From sequence record PQ015378.1: DNA of 64,000 nt, one strand, 5' to 3'. Both the position numbers and the translations under genes were made by a program. Shown here in pieces: positions 17,275 through 28,428 of the stretch; within the stretch, counting starts at the first letter, position 1, and every line of letters begins with the position of its first letter. The notes below the pieces were generated by a model. It had not been told where the DNA came from and did not search any database. It worked only from the letters and a program-made list of their open reading frames with translations.

Positions 17275-20175
17275 TTAGTCGATTTGCTCGTGTGGTAGGA
17301 AGTTGACAGTTACGTCGTCTTCCACGGTCAACAGTTGGTTAGCCAGAACCACCATCTTCTTACGAATAGACAACCGAACAGCGTCGTCTTCAACCGTGAG
17401 GATTGGGTAGTTCTCTTCACCGCCCAGACCCGAGAACTCGTTGGACAATATATCGTCACCAACAGTCTCAGTGATCTGCGACAGGATAGCCGAACGAGAA
17501 ACAGTCTTACGGGAGATCTGGTTATCAATGACGGTCTTGTCGTTGTTGATCAATGCAGGGCGGATCGACACGTTAGTGAACGCAGAAGGTTTCAACCAGT
17601 GCGTCACAGCGAACGATTGGTCGATGTTGATCGATGCACGTTGGCCATCACGGATCGTTACTGTGGTATCACCGAAAGTCTGAGTTGGGTACAGGTACAG
17701 CTCAGCTTTCTCTAGCAGGCGTTCAGAGATCTCATCGATATCCGATTCCAGCCAGCTCACGAACTCCATTGGGATTTCTTTAGCGTAGGATGCTGCCGAG
17801 TCTTCAGTGGCAAAGTAGAACAGACCATCAACCATCAACATGGTTACTTCACGCAGTAGCTTACGTGGGGATACCAGCACAGGCTTACCGTCGATGATCA
17901 CAGGATCACCTTTCATGTGTAACCAGACCGGTTCGCCATTGGCATCCAATACAGGATCCCCCTTAGCGTGTTCCAGGTACATGATGATCTCACCGTTAGG
18001 GCCGATCTCGATGATGTCGTTACCATCGCCATCTTTGCGGTACGTGTTCTCTGGCCAGACCTTCGCCACGTTGGTTGCCCAGCGCTGATAGTCTTCTTCA
18101 CCGAGTACGTTACGGTTACGACGCCAGATACCAGTCATGTCATGACCCAACGTTACTTCCAGACGTTCACGAGAAACGAGCATCCACTGGTTCGGAAGCA
18201 AGTGCGATTGAACCATGGCATCGATATCGTTCGGCAGATAACCAGGGGTGGTTGCTTCTACCACGATGATCGATACGTCGAACTCATTCTTCAGTGCAGT
18301 CTTGAAGTTGGTTTGCTGTGCCGAGAAGATCGACATGTTGGTAGTGTACAGTTCACCCGTGCCATCCAGATCGTAATTGGTTTCGATATCGAACTCGAAT
18401 ACTCGCTCACCATTCTGAATACCAACTTGGCGACCATTCACCGAAGCGAACACTTCTTCTTTGGTTGGACGGTAGCCGATCTGACAAACGACTTGCGAAT
18501 CATCCAGACCTTTGAACTGATCGGACGAAGACAGACGTACGCGAACACGATAACCCTTGGCGATCCGTTCGATCTCGTAAGCATCGATAGTGGCCTGCAG
18601 GTTAGAACGTTCGTTCTCGCCTACGAAGGTCTTCTCGGTGATCACCGGGTTGTCCAGGTAATAAGGACGGAAGTCGAAGTTGTTATCCGTAGCATCCATC
18701 ACGTAGTGGAACGGCGTGTAAACGAACCGAGATTCGTTAGCAATCCGTGCGATGTCTTCTGGATCGGACCCCAGGATACCAGCCAGCTCTGCATCACCTA
18801 CGTTGGTGACCTTACCGTTCTTGAAGCGATATAGCATCGACGGCAGGATCGTCAGGCGTTGTCCGTTGTCTGCTACGTGCGCAGAAGCAGCGATCGATTC
18901 CATGTTGATCCGCAGTTGAGACATCACACAACCAGCACCAGCGACTACATCAAGCGACTGAGGCTTGCCAAGGCGACGAGATGCCAGGAACTGTCGATCG
19001 GTGATGTTGTCAATGTTGGAAACCAGTGTGTAACCACGTAGGTCCAGTTTCGCTTCCAGCTGGACGTCAGTGATCGGGAGATCTGCATCGCCGATTGTGT
19101 TGTTAATAGCACGGTTTCGGAGGGTGATAAAGTCAACAGCATTTGCACCACCTGTTACACGAGAAGTGTTCAGCGCTTGTTTGATGCCGAACGTGTTGAT
19201 TGGAGAGACGTAAGTGATCTCATCGTCGATTGGGTTGAAGTACGCCTGGAACTGATCTGGACGGAAGTCAGCCATCGATACGTCGATCTGACCGAGGGTG
19301 TTGTAGATGTCCACACGGATCTTACCGGTAGCGAGTTGCATCCGAGTATAGATCGTCGGGATACTGACCTGGAGAGTCTGACCCACGACCCGCAGTACCG
19401 CAGTTACCTGCAGAGGATCGAAGGACTGGTCCGAGTGTGTGGTTTTGATTTCACGCCACTTACTACCAGGAGCACCATCATTCAGGTATACCCGAGCGTA
19501 GTAGTACTTGTTCTCAAACTTGTACTCGTGTTCGAACAACGTTGCAGGAGACAGGGCGTCGGTCTCGGTCTTGATGGCCATCTGACGAACTGGGATCGCC
19601 AGACGAACGACTTTGTTACGTCCCATCCGCAACATGTCCCACTCAACCTGGTTTGTCTTCAGGCGTTGCACAGGAGATACGTCTTCGCCATCGTAAACAA
19701 TCTGCAGACCACCATGGGCTAATACACGCATCTCGATCGGGTACTGCATGGTAAATGGAATGTTACCACCCATGAACTGAGTCAGTCGAGGGATAACCAA
19801 CTTGCGCGCACCTTGATCACCATAGGCTACCGCCTTGGCAATGATCTCGTCGTAGGACAGGTACAGATGGAATGTGGTGGTTGCAGGGGTAGAGAACCGA
19901 CCCAGGTAGTCGACAGTCGACATGTGGTAGTACAGTTCTTTCTGGTTCATTGCCATGTTCGGGTTGAGCATGCGCATCTGTGCTTCCATTTCCTGGATAG
20001 CCATTGACACGTTAAGCGTACCGCATTCCAGAGATGCTACGAACGGAATCGTAGCATCGGGCACATCGTAGGTCCCACGACCTTGTAGCTGTTGATCAAG
20101 CTCTTCTAGAGCGATCTGTTGCATAGCCGTAGGGTTACGACGGGCGGTGTAAATTCGATTCAGGTATTCGCTCAT
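17275..20175 (-). CDS. Large virion structural protein, probably baseplate (phiKZ gp87-like)
   Basis: 966 aa; size, orientation and position match phiKZ gp87. Confidence 0.7.
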   Translation of the reverse strand: MSEYLNRIYTARRNPTAMQQIALEELDQQLQGRGTYDVPDATIPFVASLECGTLNVSMAIQEMEAQMRMLNPNMAMNQKELYYHMSTVDYLGRFSTPATTTFHLYLSYDEIIAKAVAYGDQGARKLVIPRLTQFMGGNIPFTMQYPIEMRVLAHGGLQIVYDGEDVSPVQRLKTNQVEWDMLRMGRNKVVRLAIPVRQMAIKTETDALSPATLFEHEYKFENKYYYARVYLNDGAPGSKWREIKTTHSDQSFDPLQVTAVLRVVGQTLQVSIPTIYTRMQLATGKIRVDIYNTLGQIDVSMADFRPDQFQAYFNPIDDEITYVSPINTFGIKQALNTSRVTGGANAVDFITLRNRAINNTIGDADLPITDVQLEAKLDLRGYTLVSNIDNITDRQFLASRRLGKPQSLDVVAGAGCVMSQLRINMESIAASAHVADNGQRLTILPSMLYRFKNGKVTNVGDAELAGILGSDPEDIARIANESRFVYTPFHYVMDATDNNFDFRPYYLDNPVITEKTFVGENERSNLQATIDAYEIERIAKGYRVRVRLSSSDQFKGLDDSQVVCQIGYRPTKEEVFASVNGRQVGIQNGERVFEFDIETNYDLDGTGELYTTNMSIFSAQQTNFKTALKNEFDVSIIVVEATTPGYLPNDIDAMVQSHLLPNQWMLVSRERLEVTLGHDMTGIWRRNRNVLGEEDYQRWATNVAKVWPENTYRKDGDGNDIIEIGPNGEIIMYLEHAKGDPVLDANGEPVWLHMKGDPVIIDGKPVLVSPRKLLREVTMLMVDGLFYFATEDSAASYAKEIPMEFVSWLESDIDEISERLLEKAELYLYPTQTFGDTTVTIRDGQRASINIDQSFAVTHWLKPSAFTNVSIRPALINNDKTVIDNQISRKTVSRSAILSQITETVGDDILSNEFSGLGGEENYPILTVEDDAVRLSIRKKMVVLANQLLTVEDDVTVNFLPHEQID

Positions 20176-21251
20176 TGTGCGGCTGCCTCAGGGGATGATC
20201 CGGCTGCGATAGGGGCTGGGGCTTCTTTATAGTTACCCGCTTTGATGGACTCGTATTCGTCCTTCGGTACCCACCACTCCAGTTCCATGTTGATTGGATT
20301 GATACGGGGATAAGCCCGGAAGTTGAAGTAAGCTTTCTCCCACGGGAATAACAGATGCATCGAACCTTCCCGAGCATCGTCTTTCATCATGGGGTTGAAG
20401 TCTTGTTGGAGATCGTTGAACTCGTAAACCAACATGTGGTCATAGGTCGTTACGCCGTTACAACGGTACGAGAAGTTCAACTGGCTGGCAATTACTTGCG
20501 AACCAGTTTCGTTACCATCACCAGTGAAGTTTGCGATCTCCCCAGTCGGTGCGTTCTCTGGGGTTGCGGCACCACATGCAAAAATACGAGTCACGTAGGT
20601 ACGGGTCTGATCCATGATCAGACGATAGATCCGTGTATCGTAATCCCGCTCGTTCATCATGACGAGTTCCGGGTAGGGCATGGTGCGACCTTCTTTACCC
20701 AGACCAGCAGCGAGGAGCCACATGTAATGCAATAGGGTAATTGGATCACCCTCAATGTTCCGGTAGGTCGCCTGGAGCGTGAAAGTCTCGTACTGGTATG
20801 GTACGTCATCTACATAGGCCATCGCGTCACGGTAGATACCTGCGGTGGTCGTAGACATGTTCAAAGTGAAGTCTGGCCATCCATTCATCGAGATCAAGTT
20901 GTTCGACAAGATCGGAATGAATGGTGAAAGTGGGTCCACTAATGTAGAAACGAGTGCGTTGTCTTTGGTCGTTGCTGACCATGGATCGAGCGTTACTCGG
21001 ATCGCTCGTTCGAGACATTCGGTGTTTTCACGGAGCAGCATAGACAGTCTTCGATCGACCATGCAGTTATCGTATGACAAATTGAATAGCGGCTTCGTGA
21101 TGAACGTATAACCATGGTTCTCAGTGTTCTGAGGAATCGCGGAGTTACGTCCCAAAATGTTCATACCGAAGGCTGCGTTTTGCAGCGCTTGGTTCCGGGG
21201 GACTTGCCCAATGTTTTGTGAAATTCTCTCGATGTAACTATTTGCTGACAT
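20172..21251 (-). CDS. Virion structural protein (gp88-like), possibly tube/baseplate fold
   Basis: 359 aa, coupled to the gp87-like gene; synteny. Confidence 0.65.
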   Translation of the reverse strand: MSANSYIERISQNIGQVPRNQALQNAAFGMNILGRNSAIPQNTENHGYTFITKPLFNLSYDNCMVDRRLSMLLRENTECLERAIRVTLDPWSATTKDNALVSTLVDPLSPFIPILSNNLISMNGWPDFTLNMSTTTAGIYRDAMAYVDDVPYQYETFTLQATYRNIEGDPITLLHYMWLLAAGLGKEGRTMPYPELVMMNERDYDTRIYRLIMDQTRTYVTRIFACGAATPENAPTGEIANFTGDGNETGSQVIASQLNFSYRCNGVTTYDHMLVYEFNDLQQDFNPMMKDDAREGSMHLLFPWEKAYFNFRAYPRINPINMELEWWVPKDEYESIKAGNYKEAPAPIAAGSSPEAAAQ

Positions 21252-21286
21252 TTTTCAACTCACTGTTTTTCAATAGGAAGACTCTC

Positions 21287-22540
21287 ATGGTAGCTCCAGT
21301 TATCGCAGCAGCCGGTACGGCTATTGCAACCACCGCAGCAAAAGCTGCTGGTGACGGTCTGATGCAGACTGTTTTCAACCTGGCCAAGAATGGCATGCAG
21401 GTATCCTCTCTCGCTGACCTGACAAAGCCTGCCCGCGTTGAGCCACTGGCTATCGTGGACTCGACTCTGACAGATCAGCCGTACATGGTTCCGCTTCTGA
21501 AGCTGGCAACCTCAAACTTCGCAGGTTACTACCTGCAAGCTGTAAACATGATCCTGGGTGTAGGTCGAATCGATACCCTAAAGGTACTCGACTCCCTCAA
21601 CCCTGATCGCTCTCTCGGTTTCGACTACGGTGCTGGCATGCGTCGTGGTGAGCGTGCATCGAACGAATTCTTTGCTGCCGCACTGAACCCACAAACCTAC
21701 GCCAACGGCCTACCTGCCCTGGAAGCTTTCTCCCAGCATGTTCGACCAACCCTGTTGTTCGCACGCAGTGCCAGTCCTGAAACGGTTTCCAACGAAGACG
21801 CTGACGTTCCGGTATCGGATGAATTGCGTGAAGACCTGAAGACCCAGGGTTATGGTAAAGACTGGTCGAAACACGAGATGTCAGCCAGTGACAACAAGAT
21901 CCACGAGGTCGAGAACCTGACCGTAGGTAAACTGCTGAACGTCGAAATCTCCGACGGCGACAAGAAAGCCAAGCTTCCTGTGCTGATCCGAATGATTCCG
22001 GCAGCAGTACCACCAGTGTCCCTGGTTCATATGTTTAGTGCAGGCGGACGCGATACCTGGGCTCACCGCTTCTTCATGGTGAAGACTGGACAGATCCGTT
22101 TCTGGCGTGACTTCGTTCTCGGTCAGGACATGATCGACGAACACTTCAAGGCACTGATGAACGACAAGTCTGGTGTCTTCAAGATGATCACCGATCGTCG
22201 CCGCAACAACACCGAGAAAGCAATGCAGACCGGTCGTGTATCGGTAGCTGACGCATCGAACATCGCGATCGTCTCCAGTGAGACCCTGAAGAAAGCCACC
22301 GGCAAGCTGTTCGGTAACATCGAGAGCGAGTCTGTTCGTAAGACCATCTTCGACAACTCCTACCTGCTCATGCTGATCGTCGTTGACGAGCGCTGGCAGC
22401 GCGTACAGATCTGGCACCGTGGTGTCGGTCTGCCGACCACTCACAAGTTCGACGAGATCGAGCGCAGCGAGAAATCAAAAGGTCCTGACATCACTGAAAT
22501 GTTCAAGATGTTCAGCCGTTCCATGCAAACCAACATCTAA
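21287..22540 (+). CDS. Head/inner-body protein (gp89-like)
   Basis: Start MVAPVIAAAG after AGGA SD; VSNED/ALE cleavage-type sites; synteny. Confidence 0.7.
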   Translation: MVAPVIAAAGTAIATTAAKAAGDGLMQTVFNLAKNGMQVSSLADLTKPARVEPLAIVDSTLTDQPYMVPLLKLATSNFAGYYLQAVNMILGVGRIDTLKVLDSLNPDRSLGFDYGAGMRRGERASNEFFAAALNPQTYANGLPALEAFSQHVRPTLLFARSASPETVSNEDADVPVSDELREDLKTQGYGKDWSKHEMSASDNKIHEVENLTVGKLLNVEISDGDKKAKLPVLIRMIPAAVPPVSLVHMFSAGGRDTWAHRFFMVKTGQIRFWRDFVLGQDMIDEHFKALMNDKSGVFKMITDRRRNNTEKAMQTGRVSVADASNIAIVSSETLKKATGKLFGNIESESVRKTIFDNSYLLMLIVVDERWQRVQIWHRGVGLPTTHKFDEIERSEKSKGPDITEMFKMFSRSMQTNI

Positions 22541-22552
22541 AGGACTATCTCC

Positions 22553-23443
22553 ATGAGACTGCTCGAATACGTGGGTTCCCTGGCTCCCTTCAAGGAGCGT
22601 AAAGACCTGCTCAACCAAATCGCCGGACTGGAAGAAGAGTACGACAGCACCGTCGCTCCGATCCTACCTGAAGTTCGTGACCTGCTGCTCTCGGCAGACA
22701 TGAAATCCCAGATCGGCCAGAAATACGTCAGTGCGATGGCACGTACGGTAAACTTCCGTGGCAACTTCCTGGAACTGTTCTTCAAGTCCCTGGAAAACGC
22801 ACGCGCTTCCCTGGCCACCGTCGTCGCTGAAATCCGTCGTCTGTTTGCGTTCCAATTCTCGAACACCAACCTGACCATCCAGCGTGCCAACATCCTGAAG
22901 TTCGTAGACGCCTTGAGCTTCTACATTCGTTGGGGTCGTAAGTTCATGCTATTCCTGGTCACCCAGGAATCGCAAGCCCGTGGTCGTGCGACCTCGTCGA
23001 GCTTCTCGCCTGCCGAGACCGACTGGGTCCAATCGAACATGGACCAGTTCATCGGTCTGTATCCGGCAATGATCCTGAACCCTTCTGAACTGAAGGCCAA
23101 GCTGAACCAAGCTTCGGACGCAGAGATCAACCCGGAGACCTACGACCTCGCTACTCGTTCGTTGGGTGACAGCAAGATGGACCCGCTTCGGATGTCCGGC
23201 TTCTCTCCACAACAGAACCCGTTCCTGATCCTCGGCAAGTACATCGCTGAAATGCGTGTTGCTCGCTACCGCGCTGCGGAAGAGGAATACAAGGCACTAC
23301 AGTTCCGTCTACTGGAACTCCGTGAGATGCTGGCTGGTAACCCTACCTCGCCTGCTCTCCAGAAGCAGATCAAGATGTACGAAGAGCGCCTGTCCGAATT
23401 CGAATTCGAACTGGCTGCCATCGAAAACTCCGCTCGTCAATAA
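22553..23443 (+). CDS. Head/inner-body protein (gp90-like)
   Basis: 296-aa helical protein; synteny. Confidence 0.7.
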   Translation: MRLLEYVGSLAPFKERKDLLNQIAGLEEEYDSTVAPILPEVRDLLLSADMKSQIGQKYVSAMARTVNFRGNFLELFFKSLENARASLATVVAEIRRLFAFQFSNTNLTIQRANILKFVDALSFYIRWGRKFMLFLVTQESQARGRATSSSFSPAETDWVQSNMDQFIGLYPAMILNPSELKAKLNQASDAEINPETYDLATRSLGDSKMDPLRMSGFSPQQNPFLILGKYIAEMRVARYRAAEEEYKALQFRLLELREMLAGNPTSPALQKQIKMYEERLSEFEFELAAIENSARQ

Positions 23444-23454
23444 GGTGAACCACC

Positions 23455-23976
23455 ATGGGTACTAACTCGGTAAAGATGAATTCCGATTACTCTGGTGGTC
23501 AGGCCTTTGCACAACGTCGTTACATTACCTCGGTACGTGACGAACGCATTCGTGACCTGATGCTGGAGTACACCACGTTCCCTACGCGTACCACGCAATG
23601 GGAATTCCGTCGCCGTGTTATCGCAGAAGCGAAGCGGTTGTTCGGTGGTAACTACAACTGGTTCATCATGCAGGATACCAACGCACAGCGCGTTGACTGG
23701 AACTACAAGTTCCTCCTGGACACCATTCGCTTCATTGCGACTGGCCGTCGTGAACTGGATATCCATTCCTGGCCAATGATGCTGACCGATGAGCCGCCGA
23801 CTGGTCTCCAGTTGATCGGTGCGCGTTCAGACATCGGTGATCTGTTCAAGAAGCTGGCACTGCAAACCTCGACTGAAGCAATGATTCAGAAGTGGCTCAC
23901 GCAGAAGAATGGCTTCGACGACATGATGTACACACTGAACATGCTGTTCGGTAAGGCCACTGTGAAAGTCAAGTAA
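23455..23976 (+). CDS. Conserved phiKZ-like protein (gp91-like)
   Basis: 173-aa ORF with SD inside the operon. Confidence 0.65.
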   Translation: MGTNSVKMNSDYSGGQAFAQRRYITSVRDERIRDLMLEYTTFPTRTTQWEFRRRVIAEAKRLFGGNYNWFIMQDTNAQRVDWNYKFLLDTIRFIATGRRELDIHSWPMMLTDEPPTGLQLIGARSDIGDLFKKLALQTSTEAMIQKWLTQKNGFDDMMYTLNMLFGKATVKVK

Positions 23977-23985
23977 GGAGTCAAC

Positions 23986-25377
23986 ATGGTTGGTGCAACC
24001 AAGATTGCTCCAGAGACCCTTACATCAGTCGACGGGGTAGAACCCGTCGATATGATCGTTTCGCTCGAAAAGCAAATGGAATCTCTGGAAGCAAAAGCTG
24101 AAGCAACCTTGCGAAAGCTAGCTCAAAGTTTGTCGTTTGGTGTAGCGTTGGAAGCCCAACGATGGGACCCTGATGAAGCAATGTTCCAATATGCCCTGGA
24201 GAAATACAGTGACGTCATGCCTGACGTGTATCTGTCGTTCGAAGATATCTCGAACAGCTCCAAGAAAGTGTGGGACCGTACCGTTCAAAGTCTGAAACAA
24301 CTCCAGACCGACTCCATCGAATATGCCCGTGTTATTAACGTGGGTAGTGATCGACTGGTAGAAAAGAACAACATGCTTTATGAACAGGCTACCAACATCA
24401 AAGAGAAGCCGTACAAAACGGAATTCACTTTGAAGTTCCCCAAGAAGTTCAACATCAATGGAAAGTTCGAACCTAAGGACGTAACGCGGATCATCTCGAT
24501 TGCTAACTCCGCTTTTGCTTTCTTCGATAAGTTCTTCTTGAAGTTCATGGACACCGTAGGGAAGATCTTCGACAAGCTTACCTTCGACCATGAATTCACC
24601 GACGCTGCTGGCGTAGACTTTTCACAGTTCGCTCCGAACAAGTGGATGGCCAAAGCGCTACCGGTTGAGAAAGATGATCGATTCCGCGTGAGTGCCCCAT
24701 TGTTCCGTACCCCTGAGGCACAGAGCAACAAAGCACTTTTCGCATCTGGTCCAACAGAGGCCAAGACGGACGAGCTCAAGAACTGGGCCTTTATGGTTAA
24801 CACGGTTCGAGACTTCTCATTCCGTTACTACACAGTACGTGAACTCAGAGCGGCACCCGAAGATGCACTGGTTGTGGAAGTGGACCAGATTAACAGCATC
24901 CGCCAACGCCTGGGTCAATTGCTTGCCATTTCGAAACGATTCCAGTCTCGGAAAGGGTATGAGTCCAAGCTGGCATCGTCTCTGCGCAGAATGCAGATTG
25001 CCGGTGAGAAGATTCGTACTAAAGCGGGTCAGTTCAAAGCCGAGCCCGATGAGGCAGACAAACAAATCCAGAAGATGGACAATGATCGTGATCAAGTCAA
25101 AGGTCGTCCAGCGATCTCTGACATCATCCAGTCCGTTACTCTGATGATCAACAACGTCTCCCGTATGGTGACAGACTACAACAACTGCATGGCAGGTATC
25201 CTCCGCACGTTGGGTGGTTTGACATACGTTGCCGAACTTGAACTGAAAGCCTACACACCCCCACTCCGTAAACCCGTCAATACTCAGATAGCAGGTAAAA
25301 CGAATGAACCTCGAACTGCAACACCTTCAGCTCCAGCACAAGCTCCGAACCCTGGAGGGAATGCTCGTCTCCCTTGA
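23986..25377 (+). CDS. Head protein paralogue
   Basis: VSLE, ALE and SFED sites, then KKVWDRTVQSLK helix. Confidence 0.7.
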   Translation: MVGATKIAPETLTSVDGVEPVDMIVSLEKQMESLEAKAEATLRKLAQSLSFGVALEAQRWDPDEAMFQYALEKYSDVMPDVYLSFEDISNSSKKVWDRTVQSLKQLQTDSIEYARVINVGSDRLVEKNNMLYEQATNIKEKPYKTEFTLKFPKKFNINGKFEPKDVTRIISIANSAFAFFDKFFLKFMDTVGKIFDKLTFDHEFTDAAGVDFSQFAPNKWMAKALPVEKDDRFRVSAPLFRTPEAQSNKALFASGPTEAKTDELKNWAFMVNTVRDFSFRYYTVRELRAAPEDALVVEVDQINSIRQRLGQLLAISKRFQSRKGYESKLASSLRRMQIAGEKIRTKAGQFKAEPDEADKQIQKMDNDRDQVKGRPAISDIIQSVTLMINNVSRMVTDYNNCMAGILRTLGGLTYVAELELKAYTPPLRKPVNTQIAGKTNEPRTATPSAPAQAPNPGGNARLP

Positions 25378-26404
25378 GGAATACCGTCAACTCGCCGCTA
25401 ATGGCGTGAGCAAACAAACGGCCACCGTCATTGCCCAGGACGTCCTTCGTATTACCCGCTTCATGGGCTTCAACGATGCTCCGGCACTCGAAGCACATGC
25501 TGACCTCAGCAATGCCATGTCGCATGCCCTGGGTATGGAAGACAGTGACTCGATTGCAGGTCGTATCAAGGTAGCCATTGCCAAGTTCAAGGAGTGGCTG
25601 CTCAAGACGTACAACATGATCAAGGACCAGATCGGTGCCATGCTCGTATCGTTCAACAAGATGCGTGAACGCATTGAAGTTCTGCGTGGTACGGCTAAGT
25701 CAATCCCAGACAGCAGTAAGACCGAAGTACACATCCCAGCCAACATGGCACAACAAGTCGCTATCCAAGGTGACTTCAGTGATGCCAACCTGGCTTCGCT
25801 CCAGAAGGTCGCCCAATTCGGTTCGACTACTTATCCGGAGGCGATCAACGAGTTCTTTCTGGAGCTCGCTACTGTGGTCAAGTCGTACAGCCCGACTGAA
25901 TCGGCAGACACCATGGTTGACGCAATCAATCAGTCACTCGCTCCCCTGAACTTCTCGAACATCGACAACGACGTTTACCCAGGCAACGTGATGATCACTC
26001 CTGACGAAGATGGGTACAACTACTCCATCGCCCAGGTTGAGGCACGTCAAGTTGAAGGTGACATCACTCGTCCAGTTCGTGGCGGTGCAGAGATCCAAAC
26101 TGTTCTGAACGAACTGACCAAAGTCATCGACATCGCTGAGAAGATCGAAGGCACTTCGACCACTATCGAAACTTCGGTAGGTAAGGTGATCGAAGCAGCT
26201 GATAGTCTTTCCGCTAAGGTCAAGACTGCAGATGAAGAACAACAGAACAATGCTAGCTCGTTGGTTAGCCTGGTTCTGAGCTCCACCAACAAAGTCAACA
26301 ACAGCAGCGCGAACATCATCCGTTACCTGGGTCGAGTCATCAATGCTCACCTGGCGATCATCGAGCATGAAGTCAAAGTCGCCACCACAGCACAAAGGGC
26401 CTAA
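25304..26404 (+). CDS. Head/inner-body paralogue (gp93-97 family)
   Basis: LEEYRQLAANGVSKQ propeptide motif; ALGMED site; KFKEWLLK helix. Confidence 0.75.
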   Translation: MNLELQHLQLQHKLRTLEGMLVSLEEYRQLAANGVSKQTATVIAQDVLRITRFMGFNDAPALEAHADLSNAMSHALGMEDSDSIAGRIKVAIAKFKEWLLKTYNMIKDQIGAMLVSFNKMRERIEVLRGTAKSIPDSSKTEVHIPANMAQQVAIQGDFSDANLASLQKVAQFGSTTYPEAINEFFLELATVVKSYSPTESADTMVDAINQSLAPLNFSNIDNDVYPGNVMITPDEDGYNYSIAQVEARQVEGDITRPVRGGAEIQTVLNELTKVIDIAEKIEGTSTTIETSVGKVIEAADSLSAKVKTADEEQQNNASSLVSLVLSSTNKVNNSSANIIRYLGRVINAHLAIIEHEVKVATTAQRA

Positions 26405-26406
26405 CC

Positions 26407-28371
26407 ATGGATAACAAAGAAGAAATCTTCGGTAGCGTAGAGCCGGTAGTCGAAGAGAAAGAAGACATGATCGATTTCGGTCTTCTGGAAAACGAGAAGG
26501 CTGTACAACACATCGATCATAACCTGGAAGAGTGCATCGAAGGTACAGCTACCCTGGAAGCTTACCATCAGATCCTGACCGCCGCTGGCTGGGACGGTGT
26601 CTCCAAGCAAGCAGCCAAAGCCATGGCTGTCGGCCTCCGCCGTATCGATCGCATGCTCGGTGACAAAGGTTCCCTGACTGTTGCCATGGAAGATGAAACC
26701 GGTGGTGACATCAAGCGCATTGGTAACGAGCAGTCGGGTACCGCCACCAAAGAAGGGTTGGGCTCCCGTGCAAAAGAAATCTGGAAGAAATTCCTGGCAT
26801 GGCTGAAGGAACACTTCGGCAAGATGAAAGAACGTGCCAAGCTACTGTCCCAGAAGTTCAGTGAGGGTATCAAGACCCAATACGAGAACATCGCTAAAGG
26901 TCTGTCCAGCTACAACCCTAATGGGAAAGACGGTGGTAAGTCCTACGAGGTTCCTGCTAAGTATGCTGCTCTGGCTCTGCCTGGGGGTAAGCATATCGAC
27001 ATGGCGAAGATCCTGCATGCTCATCAATGGGTAGCTACCAAGATGCTCCCATGGCTGAAGCAACAGCATGACAAGGTCAAGCAACTGAAGGGTACCGAGT
27101 CTGTTGACCAGATCAACCAACTGATCGGTACAGACATGCCGAAACCAGATGGTCTCCCAGAGAACCTGACCTGGAGTGTGCCAGAAGGTATTCACCTGGC
27201 TGGGGAAGGGGAGTCTCAGACTGTCAAGGCTCGTTCACTTGCCGAACACAAAGCCATGTTGGCCAGCATCAAGAAAGTCCACGACTACATGGCGACCGTG
27301 CCGAAGGTTCTCGATGAGATCTCCAACGTAACGATCGACATGATCATCAAGCTGGGTGAGCTCGACCTCAAGACGGGTGATGTTATCTCCGCACTGCAGA
27401 AACAACTGCGTCAACTGCAGAAGGCTGCCGATGCTGCGTTCGCTTCTCGCGTAACGCTGAACAAAGTTGTTGGTGCTGCATTGATGGTCATGGATATCGA
27501 GCGCGGCTACAAGCCTGGTAGCTTTGGTAAGGATGATGAAGATGACCTCGGTATGGAGGATTGGGACTATGGCTTGGAAGATGATGGTAAAAAATCACGC
27601 TTCAAGCGTATGATCGAATTCTTCAAACGACTGTGGGAGAAAATGAAAACTGCATGGGATAAAATCATGCGGTCACCAGCGGTCATAGAAACGAAGGTGG
27701 AGGCCGCCAAAGAAGAAGTCACGCAGCGGCACAAAGAACAACCTAGTGAAGAGAAGACCACCGCCGAACCAACACGCGAAACGCGTAAGATTAAAATCGA
27801 TCGGACACTGGCTACCCAGCTGTTTAATGATCAGACCCTGATCATGCCAAACGAGTTTGCACCACTGGGTAAATATGTGATCGAAGATCTTTCAGCGTAC
27901 TTTGAACCTCTGGTAACCAAGATGGAGAAGGCGTTTAATTCGGTTGATCTTGAAGGGCTTAAGGCCATTACCGTCGACATGCCCAAATTCAATGACGAGT
28001 TACCAAATGGAAACCGCTTGAGTTACGATGAAGGTACATTAAAGATTATCTTCATCGAGTCGGATCCATTTGAAATGGACCCACTGGGTTTCGAACTCAG
28101 CATGAAAGTTTTGGAACAGACCAATGCACAGAACAAAATTGGTGAGAGCCAGAAGCGTGCGATGAAGGACTTGGGTTCTCTGAATAACAGACTTGCTGGG
28201 TTTAGTGCTGCGCTCATGGGCAACTGGGACAATGAAGGAGTAACCACAGAAGTTATCTCCGAGGCACTACGTGTCCAAGATGAATTGAGTAAAGCTTTGA
28301 AAGGAGCACGTACTCTCGCAACGCATTACTACGATTGCATGTTCTCTTATCTGTCGTTGACTCTCCTGTAA
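26407..28371 (+). CDS. Head paralogue with two processed modules
   Basis: AMED...KEIWKKFLAWLK and internal GMED/GLED...KRMIEFFKRLWEKMK. Confidence 0.75.
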   Translation: MDNKEEIFGSVEPVVEEKEDMIDFGLLENEKAVQHIDHNLEECIEGTATLEAYHQILTAAGWDGVSKQAAKAMAVGLRRIDRMLGDKGSLTVAMEDETGGDIKRIGNEQSGTATKEGLGSRAKEIWKKFLAWLKEHFGKMKERAKLLSQKFSEGIKTQYENIAKGLSSYNPNGKDGGKSYEVPAKYAALALPGGKHIDMAKILHAHQWVATKMLPWLKQQHDKVKQLKGTESVDQINQLIGTDMPKPDGLPENLTWSVPEGIHLAGEGESQTVKARSLAEHKAMLASIKKVHDYMATVPKVLDEISNVTIDMIIKLGELDLKTGDVISALQKQLRQLQKAADAAFASRVTLNKVVGAALMVMDIERGYKPGSFGKDDEDDLGMEDWDYGLEDDGKKSRFKRMIEFFKRLWEKMKTAWDKIMRSPAVIETKVEAAKEEVTQRHKEQPSEEKTTAEPTRETRKIKIDRTLATQLFNDQTLIMPNEFAPLGKYVIEDLSAYFEPLVTKMEKAFNSVDLEGLKAITVDMPKFNDELPNGNRLSYDEGTLKIIFIESDPFEMDPLGFELSMKVLEQTNAQNKIGESQKRAMKDLGSLNNRLAGFSAALMGNWDNEGVTTEVISEALRVQDELSKALKGARTLATHYYDCMFSYLSLTLL

Positions 28372-28428
28372 ATCATTCGATCGGGGCTTGTCCCCGATCT
28401 TATGTACTTTTAACCAGAGGACACCGCC

